Shown piece by piece: positions 21,035 through 30,444 of a stretch of DNA of 64,000 nucleotides (position 1 is the stretch's first letter; each line of letters opens with the position of its first letter). Made by a program: the position numbers and the translations under genes. Source of the DNA: an uncultured cyanobacterium. GTDB lineage: Bacteria; Cyanobacteriota; Cyanobacteriia; Cyanobacteriales; Cyanobacteriaceae. The stretch is from the NCBI GenBank assembly GCA_963749915.1, contig CAVVOP010000008.1, positions 672,001 to 736,000 of the forward strand. The letters are read 5' to 3'. Below the pieces are notes generated by a model. It ran no database searches. It was not told where the DNA came from and saw nothing but the letters and a program-made list of their open reading frames with translations.

Positions 21035-23003
21035 ATTCACCGCCAACTCCACTACCACTCTTGAACGTGCCATTAGGTCTTTGATTTCCCGACAACAAGC
21101 CGACGGTTCTTGGGAGGGAGAGGTAGTGTGGTGTCCCCTGCTACCAGCCCAGTATGTGCTTATGTGTCACATTACTCAAACACCAGTTTCAACAGAACGC
21201 CGGCAGGCTATCCTACAGCAATTCAAGACAACTCGTCTGCCTTGTGGTTTGTGGGGATTGCATGATAAGTCCCAGCCTTACTTATTTGTCACAACCCTTG
21301 TCTATGTATCTGCCCGTCTCTTAGGTCTGCCCAAAGAAGACCCGCTTTTAGCTCAACCCCTAAAATTTATACGGGAACAGGGGGGTGTGGTCACCATTCC
21401 CACCTGGGGAAAATTCTGGTTAGCTATGATGAATCTTTACGATTGGCGTGGTGTTAATCCAGTATTGCCCGAAGTATGGCTGCTGCCAAAATGGATACCT
21501 GTTCATCCAGGAAATTTTTACTGTCACACGCGACTAATTTATCTGCCGATGGGCTTTATTTATGGGCGGAAGTTTCAGCTTCCCTTAACACCATTAATTG
21601 AAATGTTACGCTCCGAGTTGTATGTGGATGATTACCAGCAGGTTAACTTTAAGGCAGCACGGTTAATGTTAAGGCAAGAGGAAGTTTATAGTCCTCCCGG
21701 TGCACTCCTGAAGCTAATCTACAAATTAAGTGGTCTTTACGAACGATGGCATCATCAAGGTTGGCGACGAAAAGTGCTTGCTCAAATGATAGACCTGATC
21801 CGCTTTGAGTTACAGACAACTGATTATACGAGTCTGTCTCCCGTTAGTGGCTTACTAAACATGATCGCCCTTTGGCTGCACGACCCCAAGGACGCAGACT
21901 TGCACAGAGCATTAGAACGCTTTGAAGGGTGGATCTGGCAAGACGAACAAGCGGGAATTAGGGTTGTAGGGGCACGCAGTAGTACTTGGGACACTAGTTT
22001 TGCTATTCAAGCCTTACAAGCAGCCAGTTCTTATGAAGACGTTTCTGCCAGTCTTTTGAAAGGGCAGCAGTTTCTTGCCAGTCAACAGATTTGCCAAACC
22101 TTTGCTAATCTACAAATGTTTCCAGGAACTTCTCTAAACTATCGCATCGATCCCAAAGGAGGATTCTGCTTCGCTGGGGTTTGGCATGGGTGGCCCGTGA
22201 GTGACTGTACTGCTGAGGCACTCCTAGCATTATTAGATGCCCCACCTGAAGTAATTGCCAATTGTAATTTGCAGGATGCGGTGGAATTTATCCTCCGTTG
22301 TCAAAACGCCGATGGTGGTTTTGGCAGTTACGAGCGCCGCAAGATTGCCTCAACCCTGGAGTGGATGAACCCAGCCGAGATGTTTGCTAACTCAATGACC
22401 GAGCATTCCTATATCGAGTGTACAGCCTCTAGTCTCATGGCACTGAGGGAATTTTTGACTTATTACCCAGAAATAATGAGTGATAAAATTGACACTGCTA
22501 TTCAACGGGCTAGCTTATGGTTGCGACGACAGCAGGGGCCCGACGGCTCTTGGTTAGGTTTTTGGGGCGTGAATTTCATCTATGGCACCATGTTTGCCAT
22601 TCACGGCCTATTAGCAGCAACTAATACGACCAATGACCCGGCCATCCGCAAAGGGTGTCGTTGGTTAATAAGTAAACAAAGACCAGATGGGGGATGGGGA
22701 GAACATTTCCGGGGCTGTTTGACGGGTGAATATGTGGAACATACTGAAAGTCAAGTCACTCAAACTGCTTGGGCAATGATGGCCTTACTTAAAGCAGATG
22801 GGAACCATTGGCAGGAAATTACCAGAGGGGCAAGTTTTCTGAGAGATATGCAATTAGAAAATGGCGAATGGGCCGAACAAGATTGGAGTGGGTTGTTCTT
22901 CCAGACGGTATTGTTGGATTATAAGCTTTATCGCCTTTACTTTCCAGTATGGGCACTATCTTTGTATGAGTCGCAGCGGCAGAAAGACTTACTTTCTCCC
23001 TAG
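21018..23003 (+). CDS. osc: 2,3-oxidosqualene cyclase
   Basis: Catalytic VSDCTAE (not the DxDD of squalene-hopene cyclases), IPTWGKFWL, FYCHTRLIYLPM, YIECTAS, QW repeats (QQADGSW, QNADGGF, QGPDGSW, QRPDGGWGE, QLENGEW). Confidence 0.95.
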   Translation: MNQDIEFTANSTTTLERAIRSLISRQQADGSWEGEVVWCPLLPAQYVLMCHITQTPVSTERRQAILQQFKTTRLPCGLWGLHDKSQPYLFVTTLVYVSARLLGLPKEDPLLAQPLKFIREQGGVVTIPTWGKFWLAMMNLYDWRGVNPVLPEVWLLPKWIPVHPGNFYCHTRLIYLPMGFIYGRKFQLPLTPLIEMLRSELYVDDYQQVNFKAARLMLRQEEVYSPPGALLKLIYKLSGLYERWHHQGWRRKVLAQMIDLIRFELQTTDYTSLSPVSGLLNMIALWLHDPKDADLHRALERFEGWIWQDEQAGIRVVGARSSTWDTSFAIQALQAASSYEDVSASLLKGQQFLASQQICQTFANLQMFPGTSLNYRIDPKGGFCFAGVWHGWPVSDCTAEALLALLDAPPEVIANCNLQDAVEFILRCQNADGGFGSYERRKIASTLEWMNPAEMFANSMTEHSYIECTASSLMALREFLTYYPEIMSDKIDTAIQRASLWLRRQQGPDGSWLGFWGVNFIYGTMFAIHGLLAATNTTNDPAIRKGCRWLISKQRPDGGWGEHFRGCLTGEYVEHTESQVTQTAWAMMALLKADGNHWQEITRGASFLRDMQLENGEWAEQDWSGLFFQTVLLDYKLYRLYFPVWALSLYESQRQKDLLSP

Positions 23004-23038
23004 ATCGACAAACTTTTGAAAAAAATTTACGAATTGTT

Positions 23039-23635
23039 ATGAATTACATTTTTGATCCCAAAATACTACATAAAATTACCAAGAAAGCCATGGGACTACC
23101 TTACGAACAAATGTTTGAGACAGTCAGAATAGAGTTAGAGCAAAAATATCCAGGCAGAATTAACGACAAAATCCAATGGATGTTTAACAATGCTGGAGGC
23201 TGTATGTATAGCGTTGCCGTTCTTCATGCTTCTTTAAGAGAATATCTTCTGATCTTTGGCTCCCCTATCGGTACCCAAGGACATACAGGTCGGCATTTTA
23301 CACAAATCTACGATTTTGTCATAGACGGAGAACTTTGGTACTTTAAAGAAGATCGTCCTTTTGAACGCATAGTGCATAAATCTGGAGATAGATACCATTT
23401 GGGCAAATCCCAGAGTGAGGGGCTGTGTATTCCTGACCAAGCTTGGGTTCTGGAATATGCCAGGGGATTTATCCCTTCTATGCTTCCTTTTGGTTTGGCC
23501 GATTCTGTTTTTAGCACCTTAGACTGGAAAACAGTGGGTTATACCTTTGGCATCTATGGTAAGCTTTTACTTAAAGATCTCTGGAACAAAACTCACACCA
23601 ATTCTCGACCATCCGCGTCAAAGGAGATGCCATGA
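23039..23635 (+). CDS. ERG2/sigma-1 receptor family sterol C8 isomerase-like protein
   Basis: WMFNNAGG, LHASLREYLLIFGSPIGTQGHTGRH and LEYARGFIPSMLPFGLADSVFSTLD closely follow fungal ERG2 motifs. Confidence 0.9.
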   Translation: MNYIFDPKILHKITKKAMGLPYEQMFETVRIELEQKYPGRINDKIQWMFNNAGGCMYSVAVLHASLREYLLIFGSPIGTQGHTGRHFTQIYDFVIDGELWYFKEDRPFERIVHKSGDRYHLGKSQSEGLCIPDQAWVLEYARGFIPSMLPFGLADSVFSTLDWKTVGYTFGIYGKLLLKDLWNKTHTNSRPSASKEMP

Positions 23636-24621
23636 CTGCACGCTTTCCCTTTTCTGCTTTTCCCAATGGCTGGTTTCGAGTTGCCTACAGCGATGAACTA
23701 CCTCCTGGTGAGGTCAAACCTCTATATTACTTTGGTAAGGATTGGGTTCTTTTTCGCACAGAAGATGGTTTACCCCGAGTGTTCGATGCTCATTGTCCAC
23801 ACTTAGGAGCTCACCTTGGTTATGGGGGTCGAGTAGAAGGTGACAATATCCGCTGTCCTTTTCATGGCTGGTGTTTTGACCATGAGGGGCAATGCGTGCA
23901 AATTCCCCACAGCACCAAAGTACCGCCTAAAGCCCAAATCGGTTCTTTATCAGTTTGTGAGGTTAACGGGCTGATTATGGTTTACCACCACTCACAAGGA
24001 GAAGCACCCAGTTGGCAAATGCCCAAACTTCCGGAGTGGAATTCTCAAGATTGGATCCCCTTTCAACGACGAAGTTGGAAAATCCGCACCCATCCCCAGG
24101 AAATGGCTGAGAATGCCATGGATACAGCCCATATGCTCCATTTGCACGGACAATCATTCCGCACCATAGAAAAGGCTGAGTTTGATATCAACGGTACTAC
24201 CCTTGTGCATCGATTGAGCCCCCAATATCGGTTGTCCATCTTTGGAAAATTGGGAATTGGTGCGGAGGGTTTGGTAGAAATTAGCTGCTATGGCTTGGGC
24301 TGTCAGGTTAGTTATGCCCAGGTGAAAGCGATGATTGAGTTTCATAGTCTGACGTTATTTATGCTAACTCCCATTGATGGAGAGTTTCTCGATGTCCATG
24401 TATTAGTAAGTACAAAAAAGGTCTTCAATAAAGTCATTACCTATGCCCTAAGAAGTAAAAGTATGGCGGAAGTTAGTTACAATTTAGAGCAAGATATTCC
24501 GATTTGGGAAAACAAGGTTTATCGCAGTCAGCCGTTGCTCAGTGAAGCAGATGGACCAATTATGCAGTATCGGCACTGGGGGCAACAATTTTATGCTCAT
24601 GTACCTCTGAACAGTCAATAA
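23632..24621 (+). CDS. Rieske [2Fe-2S] non-heme iron oxygenase (Neverland/DAF-36/KshA-like)
   Basis: FPNGW, CPHLGAHLG...CPFHGW, iron site ENAMDTAHMLHLH, EQDIPIWENK, DGPIMQYRHWGQQFY. Confidence 0.88.
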   Translation: MTARFPFSAFPNGWFRVAYSDELPPGEVKPLYYFGKDWVLFRTEDGLPRVFDAHCPHLGAHLGYGGRVEGDNIRCPFHGWCFDHEGQCVQIPHSTKVPPKAQIGSLSVCEVNGLIMVYHHSQGEAPSWQMPKLPEWNSQDWIPFQRRSWKIRTHPQEMAENAMDTAHMLHLHGQSFRTIEKAEFDINGTTLVHRLSPQYRLSIFGKLGIGAEGLVEISCYGLGCQVSYAQVKAMIEFHSLTLFMLTPIDGEFLDVHVLVSTKKVFNKVITYALRSKSMAEVSYNLEQDIPIWENKVYRSQPLLSEADGPIMQYRHWGQQFYAHVPLNSQ

Positions 24622-24737
24622 TCTTTAGCATCGAGACTCAAGATCTATTTTTCAATTCTCCTCTTTTTTTCTGATTTTTACCTTAAGTATATATACTTAT
24701 TTTGTTTTCTTTTGTTTTAAACTGCGGAATATGGGTT

Positions 24738-26990
24738 TTAACTATTACTGATGCTAGAAACTTCGCTGACTCGGCGAATATTTAACACATCGCTTATGTT
24801 TTTTATTTGACTAATGACATATTGAAATTGGGCAGAATCTTGTACATCGATGGTCAAAGAAATTAACGCAGGTTTACCAAAATCCGTTTTAACACCAGCG
24901 TTACTTACGTTAATATTTTGATCCGTTAATCTTCCTAAAATATCTCGTAAGATACCAACACGATCTAAAGTTTCGATTACTATATCAACTGGGTAAGTGG
25001 CATTGCGACTTTTACCATCACAGGAATTCCATTTTACGGGAATTAAACGCTCTCCGGGGATAGTTGTTAAATTCGGGCAGTCAAGATGATGAATAGAGAT
25101 ACCACGAACATTGGTAACCACTCCGATGATATTTTCTCCGGGTAAGGCACGACAACATCCGGCTATATGATACATTAATCCTTCTACCCCACAAATGGGA
25201 TATTTATTGCTGTTGATTTCTTTATAGGTCTTTGTTGTACTCGTAGGCAAAGGACTTTCTCCTAAAGTTTGGGGTTTAACTTCAGGTTGTTGTTGTTTGT
25301 TTTCTTCTCGCAGACGGTTAATAATCTGCGTACAGGTCACTTCACCATAACCCAGTGAGGCTAATAAATCATCTACTTTTTGAAAATTGCATTTTTGTGC
25401 TACTTTTTGCATGGTATCCGACTTTAAGAGAGATTCTAAACCGTTTTTGCCCAATTCCTTCTCTAATAATTCTCTACCTCTGGCTATGTTTTCATCTCGA
25501 TGGGATCGCTTATACCATTGACGAATACGGTTTTTTGCACTGGGAGTTACCACGAAATTGAGCCAATCGAGACTAGGATGACTATTATTGCTAGTTACAA
25601 TTTCTACTATATCTCCATTTTTGATAGCCTGATCAAGAGGACACCATTTACCGTTAATTCTTGCTCCTTTCATGTGATTGCCTACCTCACTATGAATGCG
25701 ATAGGCAAAATCAACCACCGTTGCACCCCTGGTTAAAGGGATAACTTCGCCTTTGGGAGTAAAACCGTAAACATCATCATCGAATAAATTTTCCTTGAGA
25801 TTATCTACATATTCCTGTGCGTCTTTTAAGTCTTTTTGCCAATCCAATAATTGCCGTAACCACGTAAATTTTTCCTCATCGCTGGATAAATGAGTATTAC
25901 TAGAATTTCCCGCTTCTTTATATTTCCAATGGGCGGCAATACCATATTCAGCGATATAGTGCATTTCTAGGGTACGAATTTGTATTTCCAACGGACGCCC
26001 ATTAGAATTAACCACACTAGTATGCAGAGATTGATATAAATTAGGTTTCGGTAAACCGATATAGTCCTTAAATCTTCCCGGAATCGGGCGAAAAGCATCA
26101 TGAACCACTGCTAAAGCACGATAACATTCATCATTAGTATTAACAATAATTCTCACACCAGCCATATCATAAATTTGCTCAAACTCTTTATTTTGAAGCT
26201 CCATCTTATGATATATCCCGTATAGGTGCTTAGGTCTGCCTTTGACTTCTACAGGTTTAATATGCAGTTTTTCTAAGCGTTGGTTAATGATTTTAACAAC
26301 ATTTTCAATTCTTGCTTCTCTATCTTTGCGTCTTTCAGCAATTAATCCCTTAATGGTGGTATAGGCGATAGGATTAAGATATTTAAAAGATAAGTCTTCT
26401 AACTCCCATTTAAAATGCCACATACCGAGACGATTGGCTAGAGGGGCGAAAATTTCTTTGGTTTCTTCGGCAATTAACCTTTGTTTTTCGGGTGCTAAAA
26501 ACTCAAGGGTACGCATATTGTGCAATCTATCTGCCAATTTTACCACAATCACTCGAATATCTTGAGCCATGGCCACAAACATTCGTCGAAAATTCTCGGC
26601 TTGTCTTTCTGTTTTACTGGAAAAATTAAATTTCGATAACTTTGTTACTGCCTCTACTAATTGACGCACATTTGCACCGAATAAGGCTTCGATTTCATCG
26701 GGAGTAATATCAGTATCTTCGACGACATCATGTAAAAAACCTGCGGCAATCATTTCACTATCACCACCCAAATCCCGTAATAACTCGGCAACTGCTATGG
26801 GATGGGCGATATAAGGTTCACCGGATTTACGATATTGTCCTTCATGTAAAGAATAAGCGAATTGAAATGCCCTACATATTAGGTTATTATCGCGATCGTT
26901 TTGGTCGCCGATTAAACAATTATTTAACCAATTGGGAATATGTAATTTCTTGTCTGGTTTAATTTCAGGAATTAGGGTGGTTGTATTCAT
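24738..26990 (-). CDS. spoT: Bifunctional (p)ppGpp synthetase/hydrolase
   Basis: HD domain (GFLHDVVEDT), synthetase domain (YQSLHT, EIQIRT), TGS and ACT domains. Confidence 0.96.
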   Translation of the reverse strand: MNTTTLIPEIKPDKKLHIPNWLNNCLIGDQNDRDNNLICRAFQFAYSLHEGQYRKSGEPYIAHPIAVAELLRDLGGDSEMIAAGFLHDVVEDTDITPDEIEALFGANVRQLVEAVTKLSKFNFSSKTERQAENFRRMFVAMAQDIRVIVVKLADRLHNMRTLEFLAPEKQRLIAEETKEIFAPLANRLGMWHFKWELEDLSFKYLNPIAYTTIKGLIAERRKDREARIENVVKIINQRLEKLHIKPVEVKGRPKHLYGIYHKMELQNKEFEQIYDMAGVRIIVNTNDECYRALAVVHDAFRPIPGRFKDYIGLPKPNLYQSLHTSVVNSNGRPLEIQIRTLEMHYIAEYGIAAHWKYKEAGNSSNTHLSSDEEKFTWLRQLLDWQKDLKDAQEYVDNLKENLFDDDVYGFTPKGEVIPLTRGATVVDFAYRIHSEVGNHMKGARINGKWCPLDQAIKNGDIVEIVTSNNSHPSLDWLNFVVTPSAKNRIRQWYKRSHRDENIARGRELLEKELGKNGLESLLKSDTMQKVAQKCNFQKVDDLLASLGYGEVTCTQIINRLREENKQQQPEVKPQTLGESPLPTSTTKTYKEINSNKYPICGVEGLMYHIAGCCRALPGENIIGVVTNVRGISIHHLDCPNLTTIPGERLIPVKWNSCDGKSRNATYPVDIVIETLDRVGILRDILGRLTDQNINVSNAGVKTDFGKPALISLTIDVQDSAQFQYVISQIKNISDVLNIRRVSEVSSISNS

Positions 26991-27230
26991 AATCGGGGAT
27001 AAAAAAATAGATAAATTTAGTATTATGAGTTATGATATTGGGCGGTTGTGATCCAGTAAAAAATTTTTAAAACTAAAATCATTCTCTCAAGGAAACCTTA
27101 GATTCTATTTCCATTGATAGTAAAACTGCCCCCACTGCGATTCTTTCTTTCATTTACGCTCACAGTTAGGGGGTTGATATTAGCACTAATTAGTTTCTAA
27201 TTTCTTAAATTCTAACTCAATTTAGCCCAA

Positions 27231-27599
27231 ATGTTACCAAAATCCTATCGACAAGAATTGTTAAGTTGGTTAGATTTGCTTAATAGTTTAGACTCATTAT
27301 TCTGTAACGACAAAAATAATTCTGCTGTTGTTAAAGACAAATGGCATCAAATTCAAAAGTATTTACAAGCAAAAATAATGACCCTTGATAGTGGTGACTT
27401 AGATATAAGTCAAAAATCGTTATTTCAATCGTGGCAGACGGAAACTTATCGTTATATTCGACTTTTACAAACCGATTTTTTATTTTATGAATCAGCTAAA
27501 CAAGCTAACACGAAACAATCTCGTTTTTTGATAATTAAACAACGCTTAAAGGGTGCTATCAATTTAACCGACAATTATTTATTAGTAACTGAAACCTAG
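27231..27599 (+). CDS. patD: PatD-family protein
   Basis: QSWQTETYRYIRLLQTDFLFYESAKQ resembles the cyanobacterial PatD family; divergent from rel/spoT. Confidence 0.6.
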   Translation: MLPKSYRQELLSWLDLLNSLDSLFCNDKNNSAVVKDKWHQIQKYLQAKIMTLDSGDLDISQKSLFQSWQTETYRYIRLLQTDFLFYESAKQANTKQSRFLIIKQRLKGAINLTDNYLLVTET

Positions 27600-27684
27600 G
27601 CAAAATCGATTTTTAAACTTTGTCTATTAAGTTTTTTGTACTGTTACAACATCCCAACATCATTAAGTTTTTCCATCATTATTT

Positions 27685-28293
27685 TTATAAAGGTAGGATA
27701 CTTCTCAATAAATTTCCCACTTCTTGAAGGGAAAAACCGAAAGTAATAATTCCTTCTCGATGTCCTGCCATGACAATTATCTTTTCTTGCGTTACTTTAG
27801 TTTCTTGAAATAAACGAAATATCTCTTTTGCCATTTCAGGTGTACCATAAGGGACTTCTTTTTTTGTGGTGGGAACTTTATCCATTAAATCTTGCCATAT
27901 TGTAGAATTATGAATATGAATAATGGCATTAATATTTTCATCTGATTCATAAATTGCTATGTGTGTCATTGATTCTGATGAAGCCTTAATTGAACCTTGA
28001 CAAGTTACTATGTTTTGATTAATGTCATAATCAGTAACTAATGTAAAGTGTTGCGGTTGAATGGGGTAAATATTCCCTGTTTGTGTGCCTGAAATGAGAA
28101 TCCCTTGAGGTGTTCTTACACTAATATTACCATAACCTATCTTTAGTTCTTCGTAATATCCTATTTGTTTAAGTTCATACATTCGATCGCGCCACATTAA
28201 AAGTTCATCAGGAACATTAATCGTCAGTGGTTGATTAATCCATTGGCAATTAAACTTAACATAGCCTTCGTCAATATTACTCTGATTACTCAT
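27685..28293 (-). CDS. Class II aldolase/adducin family protein (MtnB-like)
   Basis: GYGNISVR, ASSESMTH, IIHIH, GHREG. Likely start ATG at 28293, just after the mtnA stop. Confidence 0.8.
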   Translation of the reverse strand: MSNQSNIDEGYVKFNCQWINQPLTINVPDELLMWRDRMYELKQIGYYEELKIGYGNISVRTPQGILISGTQTGNIYPIQPQHFTLVTDYDINQNIVTCQGSIKASSESMTHIAIYESDENINAIIHIHNSTIWQDLMDKVPTTKKEVPYGTPEMAKEIFRLFQETKVTQEKIIVMAGHREGIITFGFSLQEVGNLLRSILPL

Positions 28294-28294
28294 G

Positions 28295-29401
28295 TTAGAA
28301 TTTTTCGGGGAATAAACTCTTAATACCTTCCTCAGAGGCATTACACACGCCTCGTTCCGTAATTAATGCGGTAACATATTTAGCAGGAGTTACATCAAAG
28401 CCGTAGTTAATTGCTGGTGTGGTTTCTGGGCAAATTAACACTGATTTAATCTCACCATTTACTTTTCCCTGTATGTATTTGACCTCGTTTTGATCTCGTG
28501 TTTCTATGGGTATTTCTTTGATACCATCGGAAATAGAACAATCTAAGGTAGAAGAGGGTAATGCTACATAAAAAGGAATCTTATTATCATATGCCGCTAA
28601 TGCTTTTAAGTATGTACCTATTTTATTGGCAACATCACCATTTCGAGTAGTTCTATCAGTTCCCACTATTACCAAGTCTACCATACCATGTTGCATTAAA
28701 TGTCCACCAGTATTGTCCGTAATTAGGGTATGTGGCACCCCTTGTTGGTTCAATTCAAAAGCAGTTAAATTTGCTCCTTGATTTCTTGGGCGAGTTTCGT
28801 CAACCCACACGTGAATATCGATGCCAGCCTGTTGTGCTTGATAAATAGGAGAGGTTGCAGTTCCCCAATCGATAGTTGCTAACCAACCTGCATTACAGTG
28901 GGTAAGAATGTTGACTTGTTTTCCTTTTTTAAATTCAGCAATTTGTTTGATAATTGACAACCCATATGTACCGATTTTAAAACATATATCAATATCTTCT
29001 TGTTTGATTTCATGTGCTCTTTGTAAAGCAATTTTAACTTTTTCCTCAAGACTATTAACTTGATTAATAGCCGCCAACATTTCCTTAATTGCCCACGGTA
29101 AATTTACCGCAGTGGGACGTGTTTGTGCTAATTTTTTAGCTACTTCTTTTATGTATAAATCTGGGTTAGATTGTTTTTTTGCTTCAATACAGGCCAAGTA
29201 TATTCCATAGGCAGATGTAACACCAATTAAAGGAGCTCCTCTTACCACCATTTCTTTGATCGCAAAAATAGCATCATGAGTATTTTCTATATTGAATATT
29301 GCTCTTTTATGGGGGAAAAATCTTTGATCAAAAACCTGTATTAGTTTTTCATTTTCATCATTTACCCAGATAGTTTGATAATGTACTCCATTAATTTTCA
29401 T
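28295..29401 (-). CDS. mtnA: S-methyl-5-thioribose-1-phosphate isomerase
   Basis: MVVRGAPLIG, RPTAVNL, LTHCNAGWLA, DETRPRNQG, NKIGTY. Likely start MKINGV at 29401. Confidence 0.93.
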   Translation of the reverse strand: MKINGVHYQTIWVNDENEKLIQVFDQRFFPHKRAIFNIENTHDAIFAIKEMVVRGAPLIGVTSAYGIYLACIEAKKQSNPDLYIKEVAKKLAQTRPTAVNLPWAIKEMLAAINQVNSLEEKVKIALQRAHEIKQEDIDICFKIGTYGLSIIKQIAEFKKGKQVNILTHCNAGWLATIDWGTATSPIYQAQQAGIDIHVWVDETRPRNQGANLTAFELNQQGVPHTLITDNTGGHLMQHGMVDLVIVGTDRTTRNGDVANKIGTYLKALAAYDNKIPFYVALPSSTLDCSISDGIKEIPIETRDQNEVKYIQGKVNGEIKSVLICPETTPAINYGFDVTPAKYVTALITERGVCNASEEGIKSLFPEKF

Positions 29402-29504
29402 AAAAATTGCCTGGTAAGTCAAATTATATTGATAACTTATCAAATTTTGTTCCTAAAATTTATGATTCTTTCATTATAAGCATTTGAAACCTTTTTACTC
29501 CTAG

Positions 29505-29963
29505 GGCGATCGCCAAACTAATAGAGCGGAAAATCAAGGTAATCGCCAGGAAAATCAGAGCGATCGTCAGGATAACCGCCAAGACTTTGTCAATGACAAT
29601 TGGTATGGTGGCGGTTGGTATGGTGGCGGTTACTATGCACCTCCCGGATGGGGTGCTTGGGCTGCGGCAGCAGGATTAACAGCAGGACTTGTACTGGGAG
29701 CGACTGTTGCCACACCACCACCCTATTATGACACCGTTTACCTTGGTTCAGCTCCTTATATATATTCTGATGGAGTTTATTTCCAACCTGCCAATGGCTC
29801 TTATGTTGTAACTTCTCCTCCTGTCGGTGTTGTGGTTAGCTATCTTCCCGATGGATGTAATGTAGTTCAACAAGGTAATGTTCAATACTATGATTGTGCA
29901 GGTATTTATTATCAGACTTTTTACCAAAACGGTTCTACAGTATATAAAGTTGTACAATTTTAA
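29505..29963 (+). pseudogene. 5'-truncated gene for a Gly/Tyr/Pro-rich secreted-type protein (DUF6515-like)
   Basis: 152 open codons (GDRQTNRAENQ...WYGGGWYGGGYYAPPGWG...SDGVYFQP...SYVVTSPPVG...YKVVQF*) with no start codon. In-frame TAG at 29502-29504. Not in the ORF track. Confidence 0.7.
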
Positions 29964-30213
29964 GATTAATGCTAAGAGAGTTAGGAATTTTTATTTTCTC
30001 TTTCAATCTTGGACCTTGAGACAATCCCTGGAAACTCTCAATTGTTAGCGGCAAGTCCGTAATTAGTGGGATCGGCTTCATAGCTAGGGGCAAAAATCTC
30101 TACCCTTTACTCACTTAGGAATACGGTCTTAGAGGCTCATGAATAGCAGTCTCTTTACTATCATCTTGATGATAAGATAAGATAGTTGAAATCAGTCTTT
30201 AAATGTAATCAAT

Positions 30214-30303
30214 ATGGATATTCTTACTTTAGGTTGGGTTGGAGTACTTTCTTTATTCACATGGTCAATAGCAATGGTAGTATGGGGCAGAAAGGGTTTC
30301 TAA
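30214..30303 (+). CDS. petN: Cytochrome b6f complex subunit PetN
   Basis: [29 protein letters not shown], 29 aa, below the ORF-track cutoff. Confidence 0.95.
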   Translation: MDILTLGWVGVLSLFTWSIAMVVWGRKGF

Positions 30304-30306
30304 ATC

Positions 30307-30444
30307 GTGGAATCATTACCAGTTCTTAATCTTCTTTTTATTGCCGCCATCGCCTTATTAATCTTTGTTAGTGGTGGGATTCTCTATCTAACCACTCTTG
30401 AATGGCGAGATCGTCGTCGTCGGGATCGGGATAAAAAACTTTAG
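30307..30444 (+). CDS. Small single-TM protein downstream of petN
   Basis: GTG start 3 nt after petN. MESLPVLNLLFIAAIALLIFVSGGILYLTTLEWRDRRRRDRDKKL (45 aa). Confidence 0.7.
   Translation: MESLPVLNLLFIAAIALLIFVSGGILYLTTLEWRDRRRRDRDKKL

Noticed and set aside
21018..23003. Cyclase as an ordinary squalene-hopene cyclase
   Set aside because: It has DCTAE rather than DxDDTA and is coupled to a squalene epoxidase.
18573..24621. Lack of HIP1 octamers in the sterol operon as proof of foreign origin
   Set aside because: I saw none there, but HIP1 occurs only every few kb in this window and native genes such as clpB also lack a full site, so the absence is weak evidence.
29748..29957. Minus-strand 69-aa ORF
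   Set aside because: It is the shadow of the plus-strand truncated gene at 29505-29963.
29990..30200. Possible ncRNA upstream of petN
   Set aside because: I could not identify a convincing structure or known RNA motif; an Rfam search would be needed.
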